Origin: an uncultured Planctomycetaceae bacterium
GTDB lineage: Bacteria; Planctomycetota; Planctomycetia; Planctomycetales; Planctomycetaceae
Length of the DNA: 64,000 bases
Reading direction: 5' to 3'
NCBI GenBank assembly: GCA_963813715.1
Contig: CAWFAK010000006.1
Coordinates: 1 to 64,000, forward strand
The notes beneath the pieces are model-generated. The model did no database searches. It was given only the letters and a program-made list of their open reading frames with translations, and was not told the origin of the DNA. Position numbers and translations under genes: made by a program. This document shows, one piece after another, positions 30,470 to 43,675 of the stretch. Position 1 is the first letter of the stretch; the number at the start of each line of letters is the position of its first letter.

Positions 30470-32938
30470 ATGAGCGCGCGCATCTCTCGGCTGGTCGTCT
30501 CGGTCTTGGCCGTCAACGTCTTCGCGGTACTCTTCGCGGGCTTGCCCAATCTGGCGCCGGCCCAATTCCTGGTTCCCGACCGAGGCGATGCTCCGCCGGT
30601 GCGCCGGCCTCCCAACCGTCCGATCCGCCCCGTTCCGCGGCCCGTGTTTTCCTCGTACCGAATTCGCGTCGTCGACGTGCAGGCGACGGTCCACGACCAG
30701 GCCGCCAAGATCCGCATGTCGCAGGTATTTCAAAACACGAGCTCGACCGACGTCGAGGCCCAAGTCGTGTTTCCGATTCCGGAAGGCGCCGCGATCAGCG
30801 ATCTGACGCTGCTCTACGACGGCAAGGAACTGCCCGGCCGTCTGCTGCCAAAAGAAGAAGCCCGCCGGATTTACGAAGAGATTGTCCGCCGGCAGCGCGA
30901 TCCGGCTCTCCTCGAATATCTGGGCGGCGGAATGTTCCAGACCAGCGTGTTTCCCATTCCGCCGCGGGCCGACCGCACGGTCGAAATCCGCTATACGCAG
31001 TTGCTGAGAAAGTCGGGGGGCCTGGTCGATCTCCTTTTGCCGTTGGGAACGCTGAAGCACGCCAACCACGCGATCGACACGCTCAGTGTGAGCCTCAAGC
31101 TCGACACCACTGAGCCGCTCAAAAGCGTCTACAGCCCGACGCACACGGTGACCATCGATCGACCCGACGAACACCACGCGATCGGCAAGGTGACCCTGAC
31201 CAATATCGCGTCGCCCGACGACCTGCGCGTGCTTTACAGCACGCAAAGCGGGGCGGTCGGGCATGAACCTGATCAGCTATCGGCCGAACGAAAAAGAGGA
31301 CGGCTATTTCCTGCTGCTGGCCAGCCCCGATCTGAATGCCGCTCAGCAAGCGTTGCGATCCCCGAAGACAGCCGTGATCGTCGTCGACCGCTCCGGCAGC
31401 ATGGGCGGCCAGAAGATCGAGCAGGCGCGGCAGGCCGTCAAGTTTTTCCTCAACCAACTCGAAGCCGGGCGACCTGTTCAACGTCATCGCCTACGACTCC
31501 GACATCGAAGCCTTTCGCCCGGAGCTGCAGCGCGTGACGCCCGAGACGATCAAGGCGGCCACCAGCTTTGCCGACACCATCAACGCGGGCGGCGGCACGA
31601 ACATCGACGAGGCGCTCAAAGCGGCCCTCGGCATGCTGGCCGACGACAAGCGGCCGAGCTACGTGCTGTTTCTGACCGACGGCGTGCCGACTGTCGGCGA
31701 GCGAAGCGAGAGGAAGATCGTCGTCGAACTCGCGGAGTTTCGATCAAAGTCCACGCGCGAATCTTCACGCTGGGAATCGGCTTCGACGCGAATGGCCGTT
31801 TGCTCGACCGCCTGTCGCGGGAATTCAACGGGCAATCGGTATACGTGCGACCCAACGAGAACATCGAGACCTACGTCTCGACGCTTGCCAAGCTCGATCG
31901 GGTCCCCCGTGTTGACGAACGTCGACGTGAAGTTCGAGTTCGACAAGCCGCAAACCGACGCCGCGACCGACGATCACCCGGACCTATCCGCGAAAGCTCA
32001 CCGATCTGTTCGCGGGCGAGCAGCTCGTCTGGGTCGGCCGCTATCGCGAACCGGGCCCGGTCAAGCTCACGCTTTCGGGCGATCTGGGCGGGAAGCGACA
32101 GACATACACGCTGGCGGCGAACTTCGCGGCGCATTCGGTTCCCGACGCCAACGCCTTCGTCGAAAAGGTCTGGGCGACGCGGCGCATCGGGGAGCTGATC
32201 GATGAAATTGATCTCAATGGCAAAAACCGCGAGCTGACCGACGAACTCGTGCACCTGTCGCTCAAGTACGGCATTATGACGCCTTACACGTCCTTTCTGG
32301 CCGATGAGCATGTCGATCTGGCAAACCGCGGCAACTTGAACCGCCGCGCCGGCGAGTCGCTCAACCAACTGCAAGCCGCCGACGGAACCTCGGGGTTCGA
32401 GCAGCGCAAATTCAAGCAACGTGCGAAATCCGCTGACCTCTTGCCGCCTCCAGCGAATTTCGGAGGGGGATTCGGTGGCATGGGCGGCGGGGGAATGGGC
32501 GGAGGCGGCGCGGGTATGGGCGGCGGTGGAGGCAGGGGCGGCGGTGGAGGCGGCATGGGCGGAGGTGGCATGGGTGGTGCCGCTGTCCCCAGCCCGGCTC
32601 CCGTCTCCCCCATGTCGATGAGCGGCAAGAGCGTGCGCTCGTCGCGGAAGCACCAGACCGCTCCGCAACCGGGCGATCGCTCCGAAGTTTCGCCCCGGCC
32701 CGTGATGCAAACCGTCGGCGACAAGACCTTCTATTGGAAAAACAATCGCTGGCGCGATGCGGATCTGACCGAAGAGACCGAGAAGGACCCGATTCGCGTC
32801 CAGCAATTCAGCGACGCGTACTTCGCCCTGGCCGCCCGCGACAACGGCCGCTTCTCGAAGTATCTCGCCCTGGAGGGCCCGATCCTCGTGAGACTCGACG
32901 ACAAGACGTACTTGATCGAGGCAGCCGAGACGAAGTGA
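30470..32938 (+). CDS. VIT and vWA domain protein (several frameshifts), Gly-rich C-terminal insert
   Basis: VIT 'EARRIYEEIVRRQRDPALLEY'; MIDAS 'DRSGSM', 'GGTNI', 'LTDG.PT'; 'SLKYGIMTPYTSFL'. Confidence 0.9.
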
Positions 32939-32956
32939 GAGCCGAAACTGCTCGAC

Positions 32957-33946
32957 CTACGCGGCTGCCGCGTGGGTCGCGGCCCGCGGTGCCTGGGCGC
33001 TAAAGGCCACGTTGATCGTCGCGGCGAGGCTCGACTGGCCCGATTGCCGGGCCTCGATCCGCAGCCCGTACGACTTCGCCGCCGTGATCCGCACCCGCCC
33101 TTCGAAATCCGAGAGCAAGTGGCACTCGGCCCGCGGATCACAAGCCAGCGGCGGCGAGAACGCCAGGTGAGCGACGCCTACCTTTTCGGCGGGGTCCAAC
33201 TCGATCCGCACGGCCCCCTCGATCACTTCGCCTCCGTCGGCCAAGCGCCGTCTCGTCATCCATTGCACGATCGATTCATCAGCCTCGCGCTCCTCATCGG
33301 TCAGCGTCTCGGATTCCTCGTCCGCGAACGAATCGTCGACGAGGGATTCGGCCGACTCGTGGCCAAGCTCGATGTCAGGTTCGACGTCGGCCGCGGGAAC
33401 GGATGCCATCGCGGAAGGTGCGTCCAAAAGCGGTGCAGCAACCTGCCTCTCTGTGTCACGAATCGTATTCACGAGGCGTTCCGGCTCGGCGGGGGCCCGC
33501 GCGAAGAGTGCCGATCGCAGCTCGTCGGTGAGAACAAATCCGCCCGCGGAATCCTCAATTGCCACCGCGCCGATCAGACAGGCGAGCGCTAGTGCCGCGA
33601 GGTAACCGCCGACAAACGCCGACGGAGTCAGCCACAATGCGGCCCCGAGCGCTAACGGCGCCAACACGGCCAGCGCGAGCGCCGCCAGTGGGATCCAAGC
33701 CTGCCGGAAACGAGCGGGCGCGGCCTGTCTCCACAGCGCCAGCGCCGCCAGCGACAAGAGCGCAGCCAGCGTGGCGACCAGGCACGGAACAGCCGGGGCG
33801 ACCGGTCCGCGAAACGATCCGCTCAGGCGGCGAGAAACGACGACGACCGTCACGAGGGCGATCGCCGTTTCGGTCGTCAGCGCGAAGACTTTGCGAAAGT
33901 CGTCAGGCGCTCGCAGCCGTTGGAGCCGACGGTTCGTTGTCGACAT
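32957..33946 (-). CDS. hypothetical membrane protein downstream of metK
   Basis: Four N-terminal hydrophobic segments, acidic linker and C-terminal 'HLAFSPPL' domain; 33 bp after the metK stop. Confidence 0.65.
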   Translation of the reverse strand: MSTTNRRLQRLRAPDDFRKVFALTTETAIALVTVVVVSRRLSGSFRGPVAPAVPCLVATLAALLSLAALALWRQAAPARFRQAWIPLAALALAVLAPLALGAALWLTPSAFVGGYLAALALACLIGAVAIEDSAGGFVLTDELRSALFARAPAEPERLVNTIRDTERQVAAPLLDAPSAMASVPAADVEPDIELGHESAESLVDDSFADEESETLTDEEREADESIVQWMTRRRLADGGEVIEGAVRIELDPAEKVGVAHLAFSPPLACDPRAECHLLSDFEGRVRITAAKSYGLRIEARQSGQSSLAATINVAFSAQAPRAATHAAAA

Positions 33947-33979
33947 GGGATTGGCATCCTTGCCAAAGGTTTCACCGAC

Positions 33980-35122
33980 TTACAGTCCGGCCGCTTTAGC
34001 CAACTCGGCGGCGCGGTCGGTCTTTTCCCAGGTGAAGTCCGGATCGTTGCGGCCGAAATGCCCGCCGGAGGCCGTCTTGCGGAAGATGGGCCGCCGCAGT
34101 TTGAGATACTCGATGATCCCACGGGGAGTCAGCGGGAAGATCTCGCGGACAGCCGCCGCGATCCGCTCCTCGGGCACTTTAGCGGTGCCGTTAGTGTCCA
34201 CGCAGATGCCGACCGGATCGGCAACGCCAATCGCGTAGGCAATTTGCATCTCGCACTCGTCCGCCAGGCCCGAGGCCACGACGTTCTTGGCCACATGCCG
34301 GGCCATGTAGGCGGCCGAGCGATCGACCTTGGTCGGATCCTTGCCGCTGAAAGCCCCGCCGCCGTGGCGTCCCCAGCCGCCGTAGGTGTCGACGATGATC
34401 TTGCGGCCGGTCAGTCCGCAGTCGCCGTGGGGCCCGCCGATGACGAAGCGGCCCGTGGGGTTGATGTGGTATTTCGTGTCGCGGGTGAGCAGATGCTCGG
34501 GCACGGACCGGGGGATGATCTTCTTGCGGATGTACTCGCCGATCTCGGACTGTTCGACTTTCTCGGAGTGCTGCGTCGAGACGACGATCGCCGTAATGCC
34601 GACAGCCTTGCGGCCATCGAACTCGACAGTGACCTGGCTCTTGCTGTCGGGCCGCAGCCAGTCGACTTCTTTCTTGTAGCGGGCCTCGGTCAGCTTCTCG
34701 AGGATGCGGTGAGCCAGCGCGATCGGCAGCGGCATCAGCTCGTCGGTCTGGCGGCAGGCGTAGCCGAACATCAGCCCCTGGTCGCCCGCTCCGTCGCGGT
34801 CGACGCCCATGGCGATGTCGCCCGACTGGCTGTGAATCGTCGTGCAGACCTTGCAGGTGGCGGCGTTAAAGCCCTCGTCCTCGCCGTTGTAGCCGATGTC
34901 GTGGGCGACCTTGCGGGCGATGTCGGCGAAGTCGACCTGGCCCCGCGAAGTGATCTCGCCCGCCAGCACGACCTGATCGGTGGTGCACAGCGTCTCGCAG
35001 GCAACGCGGGACATCGGGTCCTGGGCGATCAAGGCGTCGAGGATCCCGTCAGAGATCTGGTCGCAGACCTTGTCCGGATGCCCCATGCTGACCGATTCGC
35101 TGCTGAACAAAAACTTCGACAT
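33980..35122 (-). CDS. metK: methionine adenosyltransferase
   Basis: '[11 protein letters not shown]', 'GAGDQG', '[14 protein letters not shown]' and '[16 protein letters not shown]'. Confidence 0.99.
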   Translation of the reverse strand: MSKFLFSSESVSMGHPDKVCDQISDGILDALIAQDPMSRVACETLCTTDQVVLAGEITSRGQVDFADIARKVAHDIGYNGEDEGFNAATCKVCTTIHSQSGDIAMGVDRDGAGDQGLMFGYACRQTDELMPLPIALAHRILEKLTEARYKKEVDWLRPDSKSQVTVEFDGRKAVGITAIVVSTQHSEKVEQSEIGEYIRKKIIPRSVPEHLLTRDTKYHINPTGRFVIGGPHGDCGLTGRKIIVDTYGGWGRHGGGAFSGKDPTKVDRSAAYMARHVAKNVVASGLADECEMQIAYAIGVADPVGICVDTNGTAKVPEERIAAAVREIFPLTPRGIIEYLKLRRPIFRKTASGGHFGRNDPDFTWEKTDRAAELAKAAGL

Positions 35123-35251
35123 GAACCTCGCTCCGCACTCAACAGTCGGCTGGTTGGAAGGCCAAAACTCTCCGGACGACGCCTGTTCTCCCACGTTTCG
35201 CCGGCTGCTGGACGAACTCGACAGATTGGGGCGCACAAGCGCGGACGCATC

Positions 35252-35280
35252 ATTCTACTGCCCCGGGCCGTACCCAACAA
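35252..35280 (-). promoter_or_regulatory. sigma-70 promoter of metK, TTGTTG-N17-TAGAAT
   Basis: Reverse complement of 35252-35280. Confidence 0.6.
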
Positions 35281-35384
35281 TAATATCGGGGGCCGGAAGG
35301 GGGCCGACCTGCCGACGTCGCCCCCGCCGATCTGCCGGGCCGAAAACAGCATCCGGAGCCCCGCTTCGGCTTGGTACGACGCAT

Positions 35385-35770
35385 TCACCAACCCGAAGCG
35401 TCGGCGAGGGCTCTGCGTGGCATCGAATCCCTGGACGAACTCACACCAAGCCGTGGCCGTAACGCGCGGTCCGGCGGGGGCCGGGACGACGCGCAAAACC
35501 GCGAAGGGGTGGAACTCCTCTTGCCACCGGACCTCGGCGAGCTCCCTTCGGGTCCGAGCCTCAGGGTCGAAGACAGTCGAGGCGTGCAAACCGGTGGAAG
35601 AGCGGCCGCCTCTGTTTCCGAAGCCCCCGAAGGGGGCGACACTCTGCTAGCCACCGGTGTCAACCGGTGGTCCGCGAGCCTCTCTCCGCGCTCAAAGCCC
35701 CCGAAGCGGGGCGACACTTTTCATTTCGCTAGCCGCGGGCGTTGGTCGCCGCAACAGTGTCGCCCCCATC
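35385..35770. repeat. cluster of REP-like palindromes
   Basis: AGCCCCCGAAG(C)GGGGCGACACT at 35622 and 35697, with TAG-CCACCGGT-GTCA-ACCGGTGG between; same architecture at 49252-49354. Confidence 0.65.
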
Positions 35771-36060
35771 GCACTTCCCCGAAGCTCTTGCTTCGCCGCG
35801 GAATGGCGAGCACGCATGCACGACGATCGGCCTCTCGTAACGGCGATCGGCGCTGGTGGCGCTTCGTCAATCGGCAGCGCACCAACTTCGATAGAAGACA
35901 GAGAGCGACAGGAAGGTCTGGCAAGAGCCGACCATTCGGGGCGACTGCGGCGCACTCTTCGTTTCCGGCGGACTGACGTTTTCCAGCGATCTTGGCGACC
36001 GACGCGGCGATAGACTATTGGACGAGATCCTCTACCCGGCCCTTTTTAGGACGGCATGGT

Positions 36061-37216
36061 ATGGCCGCGACAGAAGCCCAAAAACCCTGGCTCGCGATCG
36101 AGATTCCGCGCATTGGACGACGCGAATTCGCCAACGCCAGTGAAGTCGTAAATTGGATCCAAAATCAGGAGATTCGGCGATGGGAGCCGATTCGAAACGC
36201 GATCCCGAGTAACATGCAGGATACGAGACAATTTGCCGAGAGAGTCCTTTCCGGTTTCGTCCGGCTGCTAGAGGCGGTAAGGAGGGCCGACCAAGCGGCC
36301 CGCGCCACCGGTGCTCAGGCGCATGCGCAGGCGATCGAACGGGAAATCTCGGCTGCGTTCACCAAGGACTGCCTTTCCGTATCGGCGCCAGAGGTCGAAT
36401 TCCTTGCACATTTCATAAGGCCGTGGCCGCCGGTGTACGGCGGGCTGGCAGAATTCGTCCTGAAGCGACACTTCTCACCCGACACGCTGCGCACGACGCC
36501 CGAGCTCGGGTATCTTCTTGGGATTCTACAAGAAGAAGGAGTCGTTAAACGCGGCGACTATGAACCGATTAGGCGATTGCACGACGAATGGAAAGAAAAA
36601 CACGAGCAGGTCAAACGGGAATTCGACCTTTGGCTTGCGGCCGCGAAGATTGAGAACGATCAATTTACCGAACGATACAAACAAGTGCAGATCGCTGCGG
36701 AACCGGTTTCCTACTGGAACGAGAAAAAGAAACGACATCGCTGGGGCGCAATCGCCTTCGGGGTTTTCTTTGTCGTCCTCGCGGTTGCTGGCGGCGCAGT
36801 CGCTGATCCTCTGGATGGGAACGACTCAACAGGCGGCCGTCGACGCCATAAAGGCATCGGGGAGCGTCGATCATACGGCCCTCCTGTTAACTCTGGCCCA
36901 ACCGCTGTTCGGCAAGCTTCTCGCAGCACTCGGCCTATTTTGGGCTCTCCGAATAGTTAGCCGGATCCTGCTGGCCGAGCTGCATCTCTATGCGGATGCT
37001 GACGAGCGCGTAGTGATGGGGAAAACTTACATCTCGCTACTGCTAGGCAAGGGAATCCTAGAGGGAAAGCCCGGCGTCGATAAAGAGGATATAACGATCA
37101 TCCTGTCGCAACTCTTCCGTCCGACGACGAGCGGAATCTTCCCGGACGATGTGGCACCACAGATCCCGATCGCCGAATTGACCAAACTGGGGTCGGCGTC
37201 AAAAGCGAAGGACTGA
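36061..37216 (+). CDS. DUF6161-like coiled-coil/membrane protein (frameshift ~36800)
   Basis: 'PVSYW..KKKRH', two TMs, 'HLYADADERVVMGKTYISLL...ILSQLFRPTTSGI..DD'. Confidence 0.65.
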
Positions 37217-37280
37217 ACAAACTTCCGTCGCGCAATAAATCAAATGATCATGCAAACTGATCTTCGGAAACTTCAGCATC

Positions 37281-37289
37281 TGGTATAAT
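37281..37289 (+). promoter_or_regulatory. extended -10 promoter TGGTATAAT upstream of the AAA gene
   Basis: TGnTATAAT in an AT-rich intergenic region. Confidence 0.45.
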
Positions 37290-37454
37290 GGAAGCGTGAC
37301 AACCTGATGTCGCATGACGGAGACGCGTAAAGCGTCGCAAGTTTCTTAACGAAAGCCGTCGCCTTTTCAGCCGCTGGGCTGGGCGATGGCTTTGTTCGTT
37401 TGCAAGCCGGTCTCGCTCAGCAAGGCGGTGCAACAACCAATTTGCGAGGCTGGT

Positions 37455-39250
37455 ATGCAGAACGAAAACGGAAATGGAAACGGGACGGTCGCGGGCAATG
37501 GCGCAGCGACAGACAACGGGTCAGCGACAGGCAATGGGACCGCGACAAGCCATGGGATCGGCAACGGGACAGGCAACAAGCCGCTCGGGACGTGGACGCT
37601 GGCGGGCCACACGTACACGAATTACGCCGAGTTTTGCGAGGCGCGCGAGCGGCGGCAGCGGGAGTTTCTGACGCGGAGCGGCGGGGCTAAGTCCGACGAG
37701 TTGGGACCGCCGTTGGTCGTGCCCGAGGACGCAACGCCTGAGACTTTCAATCCTGAGCGCGAGTGGCCCGTCTCCTCGGAGATCGATGCGGCCCTCAAGA
37801 ATCGCTTCCGACTCTTCAGCGGGGCTCAGCTCAAGTCGGGCCTCAAGTCGGCCAAAGACACGCGCTATCTGATTCCCGGCATTCTGGCGGCCGGGCAGCC
37901 CGGGGGAATTTACGGCGGGTTCAAGACGCTCAAGACGTCGCTGGCGGCCGACCTCCTCATCTCGCTGGCCAGCGGCACGCCGTTCCTCGGGCGGTTTCCG
38001 GTCGCGAAGCCGGGGCGGGTGCTGTTTCTGTCGGGCGAAGCCGGGCTCGAGGCGCTCCAGGCGACGGCCGACCGCATCTGTCGCGAGCGGGGCTTGTCGC
38101 TGGAGTCGCTCGAGAATTTTCATCTTTCGCCCGATCTGCCGCGGCTCGATCGGCCGGTCGACGTGATGGCCCTCCGCGAGTTGATCGAGATTCAACAGCC
38201 GATCTGCCTGGTAATCGACCCGATCTCGCTGGCGATGGGCGACTCGAACAGCCGCAATCCGTTCGCCGTCGGCGCGCTGTTGCGGGAACTGGTCGAGCTG
38301 TGCGACACGACGGGCTGCGCGATCCTCGTCGTGCATCACGCCAAGCGCTCGCACAAAGCGGGCAGCCCGCCCACGCTCGACGACATCGCCTGGAGCGGCT
38401 TTGCCGAGTTCTCGGCCCAGTGGCTGTTGGTCTCGCGCCGCCGGCCGTACAACCCCGACACGGGCCATCACGAGTTGTGGCTCTCCGCCGGCGGCCGTGC
38501 GGGACACGCTGGACTGTGGGCTCTCGACGTCGACGAAGGCGCCCCACCCGCCTTGCCGGACGAGGGACCGATGGCGTCCGCCGACGAAGATTGCCGAACT
38601 TGGAAGACGGCTCTGCGCTCGGTCGCCTGGGCCGAGGCTCAAGCGGACGAACAGTACGTCGCCACCCGCGAAGACCGCCAATTGCGTCGCCGGGCGATGG
38701 CCGTCGAGCGTCAGAGCCAGCGAGTCCTGGAGCTGCTCGCCGCCTACCCGGACGGCTGCACGGCCCGCTTCATGCGAGACCCGTTGGGCGTCAGCGGCGA
38801 CCGGATGACCCGGCTGCTCGACCGCCTGATCGAGCAAGGCCAGATCGTCAAAAACGAAGATCGAACATTCGACAGCCGCCGCCCGATCGTGACCTACGCC
38901 CGCGTGCAGGTGATGGACCTGTCGCAGACAGCCATCAAGGCCGGCCAAGTGTCCCGCCCGGACCCAAAGTCGTACGACCCCACCACGGGCCAGTGGGTCA
39001 GCAGGTGCAGCAGGGGCAATGCCCCTGCACCCGGGGCGGCCGGACTCGGGGGTGGTGGGACGCCGTGTGCCGCGGCACGCGGGATTGGCGATGACTCGGC
39101 CCGCTCGATGGGACGGGACGCGGGACGGGACACGTTGTTTCATCGAGAAAACAGCGGTGTTTTGGTTCCCACCAACAGCCAGCGTGAAGCGGCAGCCAGC
39201 GTGCCATCACAGTCCGAGCGCGGCCGCACCGGGTCCAGGGGCGTTGCCCC
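37455..39250 (+). CDS. AAA_25/RepA-like SF4 helicase-ATPase with C-terminal winged helix; true 3' end uncertain
   Basis: Walker A 'GGFKTLKTS', 'VLFLSGE', Walker B 'LVIDP', 'VVHHAK'; HTH-like 'VLELLAAYPDG..ARFMRDPLGVSGDRMTRLL'. Confidence 0.8.
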
Positions 39251-39254
39251 TGGC
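39010..39254. repeat. inverted pair of REP-like palindromes (second family)
   Basis: GCAGGGGCAATGCCCCTGCACCCGGGGCGG (39010-39039), inverted variant at 39231-39254, third copy at 48170-48198. Confidence 0.7.
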
Positions 39255-40576
<1,322 letters not shown>

Positions 40577-42145
40577 TCAATCTGCCTGGACGATCTCACA
40601 CAAGTGAGCGAGGACTTTGGCGATCGTCTTGGTTTCCGCCGCCTTGTCGATCGCGACGCCGGTGACCACGAACGAAAAAACCAGCTGGCGGTCGCTCTTC
40701 GTTGTGAGGTAGCCGGCGAGGGCCTTACTCGTCACCAGGAAGTGATCGTCGAGCAGGTTTTCCCAGAGGAGCGTGCCCGTCTTGGCGTGGACTTTTCCCC
40801 AGACGGGGCTGGTTTTGGGGACGTCGTCCGCCAACGTGCCGTCGACACCGAGAATCGGCAACGCCCGCTCGAAGGCGGAGAAATCGGGACGTGTCGACAA
40901 ATAACGCAGCAACGTGACCGTCATGCGGGGCGTGGTGTAGTCGGATGGGGCACCGCCGGCGCCGCCGCCGAAGGAAAGCGACCCAGCGTCCAGCCCGGCA
41001 CGCCGAAAGAACTCGCGTTCGAAGTGCATGCCGTCCGTCAGCTCCCGCTTGCCGTGCCGCATTGCAATCAACAGGGGCAGCGTGCTCGCGTGCAGATTGT
41101 GGCTCACCTTGAGAATCAGACGGGCGTTCTCGGCGAAGGGAGGCGACTTGAGCGTCGCCACTTTGACCAGCCCGTGCAGGTCTCCCGGTTTGGGCAGCAG
41201 GCTGTCGGGATTAAAGTCGTAAAGCGAAGCCGAGACGCGGACGCCGGCCCGCGCGAGGGCTTCGATGAAGAGCGTTCGGGCCCAGCGAGACGGGTCGGCC
41301 ACTTCACTCACGCAAACGAACTGCGGGCGGTCGGCAGCAATTCGGCCCCGCACGACGAAGCGATCGTCGCCGGCCGGACGGCAGTCGATCGTCGATTGGC
41401 CGCCCGGAGCAATCGTCTCGACCTGCGCGTCGACGCCAAGCGCGGCCGACTTCGGCCGCCAGTCAACCTTGGCGGGCGAGCCTTTGGCGGCCGGCGTGAT
41501 CGTGAAGTCGATCAGGTTGTCGTTGACCATGATGGGCGTCAAACGCGAAGGTCCGCTGCCCGTGCCGCTGGCCGGAGCGAACGCCCGGGCATCGATGATC
41601 ACTTGCCCGCGGACTTCCCGCACGCCGGTTGCCGCGACTTGCCGCGCGAGCGAGTTCAGACCGGCGAGCGGATCGCCCGCCGTCAGCACGGCGATGCCTG
41701 CCGGGTTGGCATAGGTGTGGTCAGCCTTGGTGTATTCGATCTCGTTCGCCTTGGTCGTCCGGCCGCCCAGCGTGAGATCGCCCACCGCCACCAGGATCAG
41801 GTCGCCGTTCAGCACGCCCGCCGCATCGACGGTTCCCCGGCGGAACACGGGCGTCTCGAAGCAGAAATTGCTGCCCAGCGTGTCCAGCGCGGCCGAAACC
41901 GAGTAGAGCTTGGTCGTGGACGCCGGCGGAAAGAGCTTGTCGGCATCGCGCTCGTACAACACTTCGCCCGTGCGACGGTCAGCGACGAGCAGGCCCCAGC
42001 GCGCGTGCTGGAAGCGTGGGCCGTCGATCACTTCGCGAATTTGAGGCGACAGCTTTTCGCCCGCGGTGGCGGAGGCGGCCGCCAGCATCAGGCCCGCGCC
42101 GCAAACAACCAGCTGAGCGACAAGGCAAACGGCGGCACGGGACAT
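40577..42145 (-). CDS. dacB: D-Ala-D-Ala carboxypeptidase/endopeptidase PBP4 (peptidase S13)
   Basis: SxxK 'PASTTK', SxN 'SHN', 'AKTGT' and 'GVDGTL'; signal peptide. Confidence 0.92.
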   Translation of the reverse strand: MSRAAVCLVAQLVVCGAGLMLAAASATAGEKLSPQIREVIDGPRFQHARWGLLVADRRTGEVLYERDADKLFPPASTTKLYSVSAALDTLGSNFCFETPVFRRGTVDAAGVLNGDLILVAVGDLTLGGRTTKANEIEYTKADHTYANPAGIAVLTAGDPLAGLNSLARQVAATGVREVRGQVIIDARAFAPASGTGSGPSRLTPIMVNDNLIDFTITPAAKGSPAKVDWRPKSAALGVDAQVETIAPGGQSTIDCRPAGDDRFVVRGRIAADRPQFVCVSEVADPSRWARTLFIEALARAGVRVSASLYDFNPDSLLPKPGDLHGLVKVATLKSPPFAENARLILKVSHNLHASTLPLLIAMRHGKRELTDGMHFEREFFRRAGLDAGSLSFGGGAGGAPSDYTTPRMTVTLLRYLSTRPDFSAFERALPILGVDGTLADDVPKTSPVWGKVHAKTGTLLWENLLDDHFLVTSKALAGYLTTKSDRQLVFSFVVTGVAIDKAAETKTIAKVLAHLCEIVQAD

Positions 42146-42209
42146 GGAGCGGCTCCCAGCAAATTCGAGCAGGATGGTCGATCTAGAAGCGAAGGCGATT
42201 GAGGCGCGG

Positions 42210-43667
42210 CTAGGACGGATCGTCGTGGAGGATCTTGCTCACGGTCAGTCCGAGTTCCTGCAGACGTGTCCGCAGCGTATTGCGCGAGAGCCCCAGAATC
42301 TCGGCCGCCCGCGCCTGGTGGCCGCCGACCGACGCCAGCACCTGTTCCAGCAGCACCCGATCGACGGCCGCGTGAACCTGGTCGCTCAGGTTGGCAGTTC
42401 CCTGGGCGAGCAGCTTTTGGACGAGGGCCCGCACGTCCGACAAATCGCCGGCCCCCACCTCGCGCGGCGACTCCTGCGGACGGGTTGCCTCGCGCGAGTG
42501 GCCGCGAACGCTCGTCGGCAGCGCTTGGGGCGTCACGATCTCGCCCGTCGTGTGCACCAGGGCGAACTTGATCGCGCTTTCCAGCTCCCGCACGTTGCCC
42601 GGCCAACTGTGTCGGGCCAGCGCATCGATCGCCTCTGCCGAAATGCCGCGGACGCCGTCGGCCAGATCACGACGGAAGCGCTTCAAAAAGTGTTCGGCCA
42701 ACAGCGGGATATCATCAGGTCGCTCGCGCAAGGGGGGCAGCGTCAGCGTGAACGTGTTGAGCCGGAAGAAGAGGTCGGGGCGGAATTCCTTCCGCTGCAT
42801 CGCTTGTTCGAGGTCCTTGCTGGTGGCGGCAATGATCCGCACGTCGACATGAATTGTCTGGTTGCCGCCCACGCGCTCGAACTTCCCGTCCTGCAGCACG
42901 CGCAAGATCTTAGCCTGCGTGGCCGGGGCCGCGTCGCCAATTTCGTCGAGGAACAGCGTCCCCTGATGGGCCTGTTCGAACTTGCCGATCCGCACGCGGT
43001 CGGCCCCGGTAAACGCCCCCTTCTCGTGCCCGAAGAGTTCGCTTTCCAGAAGTGTTTCGGGGATCGCCGCGCAGTTGATCGCCAGAAACGCCCGGTCGCT
43101 GCGCCGGCTGTGATCGTAGATGGCCCGCGCGATCAGCTCTTTGCCCGTGCCGCTCTCGCCCAGAATCAGCACGGTCACGTCCTGTGCGGCAATCCGGCCG
43201 ACTTCCTTGAAGATGGATTGCATCGCCGCCGATCGACCGATCACGTGGTCGGCGCGGTCGTCCGCGACGGCGTCGGGATCGATCACCGTGCGGACGTGGG
43301 CCAGCCGTCCTGCTTCGAGCGCTTTGTGCACCAGCCCGGTCAATTCGTCCAGGTCCCACGGCTTGAGCAAGTAGTCGAAGGCCCCGCGCTGCATCGCCTC
43401 GATCGCCGTCTCCGCTGTGCCATGAGTCGTCATCACGATCACGGGCAGCTTGGGGTCGGCCGCTCGCAGTTCCTTCAGAACGTCGAGGCCGGAGAGATCG
43501 GGGAGCCGGACGTCGAGCAGCACGGCGTCGGGCTGTTCGCGGCTTGCCGCCTCGATGCCCGCTTTTCCGGTTTGTGCCGTCACGATCCGCAGGCCGTCGC
43601 AGCGCAGCCCCTTCTCCAGGGCGTAGAGCACGTTTCGCTCGTCATCGACGACCAGGAGTGTCGGCAT
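42210..43667 (-). CDS. sigma-54-dependent response regulator (NtrC family)
   Basis: Receiver domain, GESGTGKE, GAFTGA, 'LFLDEIG', 'WPGNVREL' and Fis HTH. Confidence 0.97.
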   Translation of the reverse strand: MPTLLVVDDERNVLYALEKGLRCDGLRIVTAQTGKAGIEAASREQPDAVLLDVRLPDLSGLDVLKELRAADPKLPVIVMTTHGTAETAIEAMQRGAFDYLLKPWDLDELTGLVHKALEAGRLAHVRTVIDPDAVADDRADHVIGRSAAMQSIFKEVGRIAAQDVTVLILGESGTGKELIARAIYDHSRRSDRAFLAINCAAIPETLLESELFGHEKGAFTGADRVRIGKFEQAHQGTLFLDEIGDAAPATQAKILRVLQDGKFERVGGNQTIHVDVRIIAATSKDLEQAMQRKEFRPDLFFRLNTFTLTLPPLRERPDDIPLLAEHFLKRFRRDLADGVRGISAEAIDALARHSWPGNVRELESAIKFALVHTTGEIVTPQALPTSVRGHSREATRPQESPREVGAGDLSDVRALVQKLLAQGTANLSDQVHAAVDRVLLEQVLASVGGHQARAAEILGLSRNTLRTRLQELGLTVSKILHDDPS

Positions 43668-43675
43668 CGGTTGGT

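Noticed and set aside
35123..35250. SAM riboswitch upstream of metK
   Set aside because: I recognise no SAM-I/II core motifs in the ~120-nt leader; an Rfam search would be decisive.
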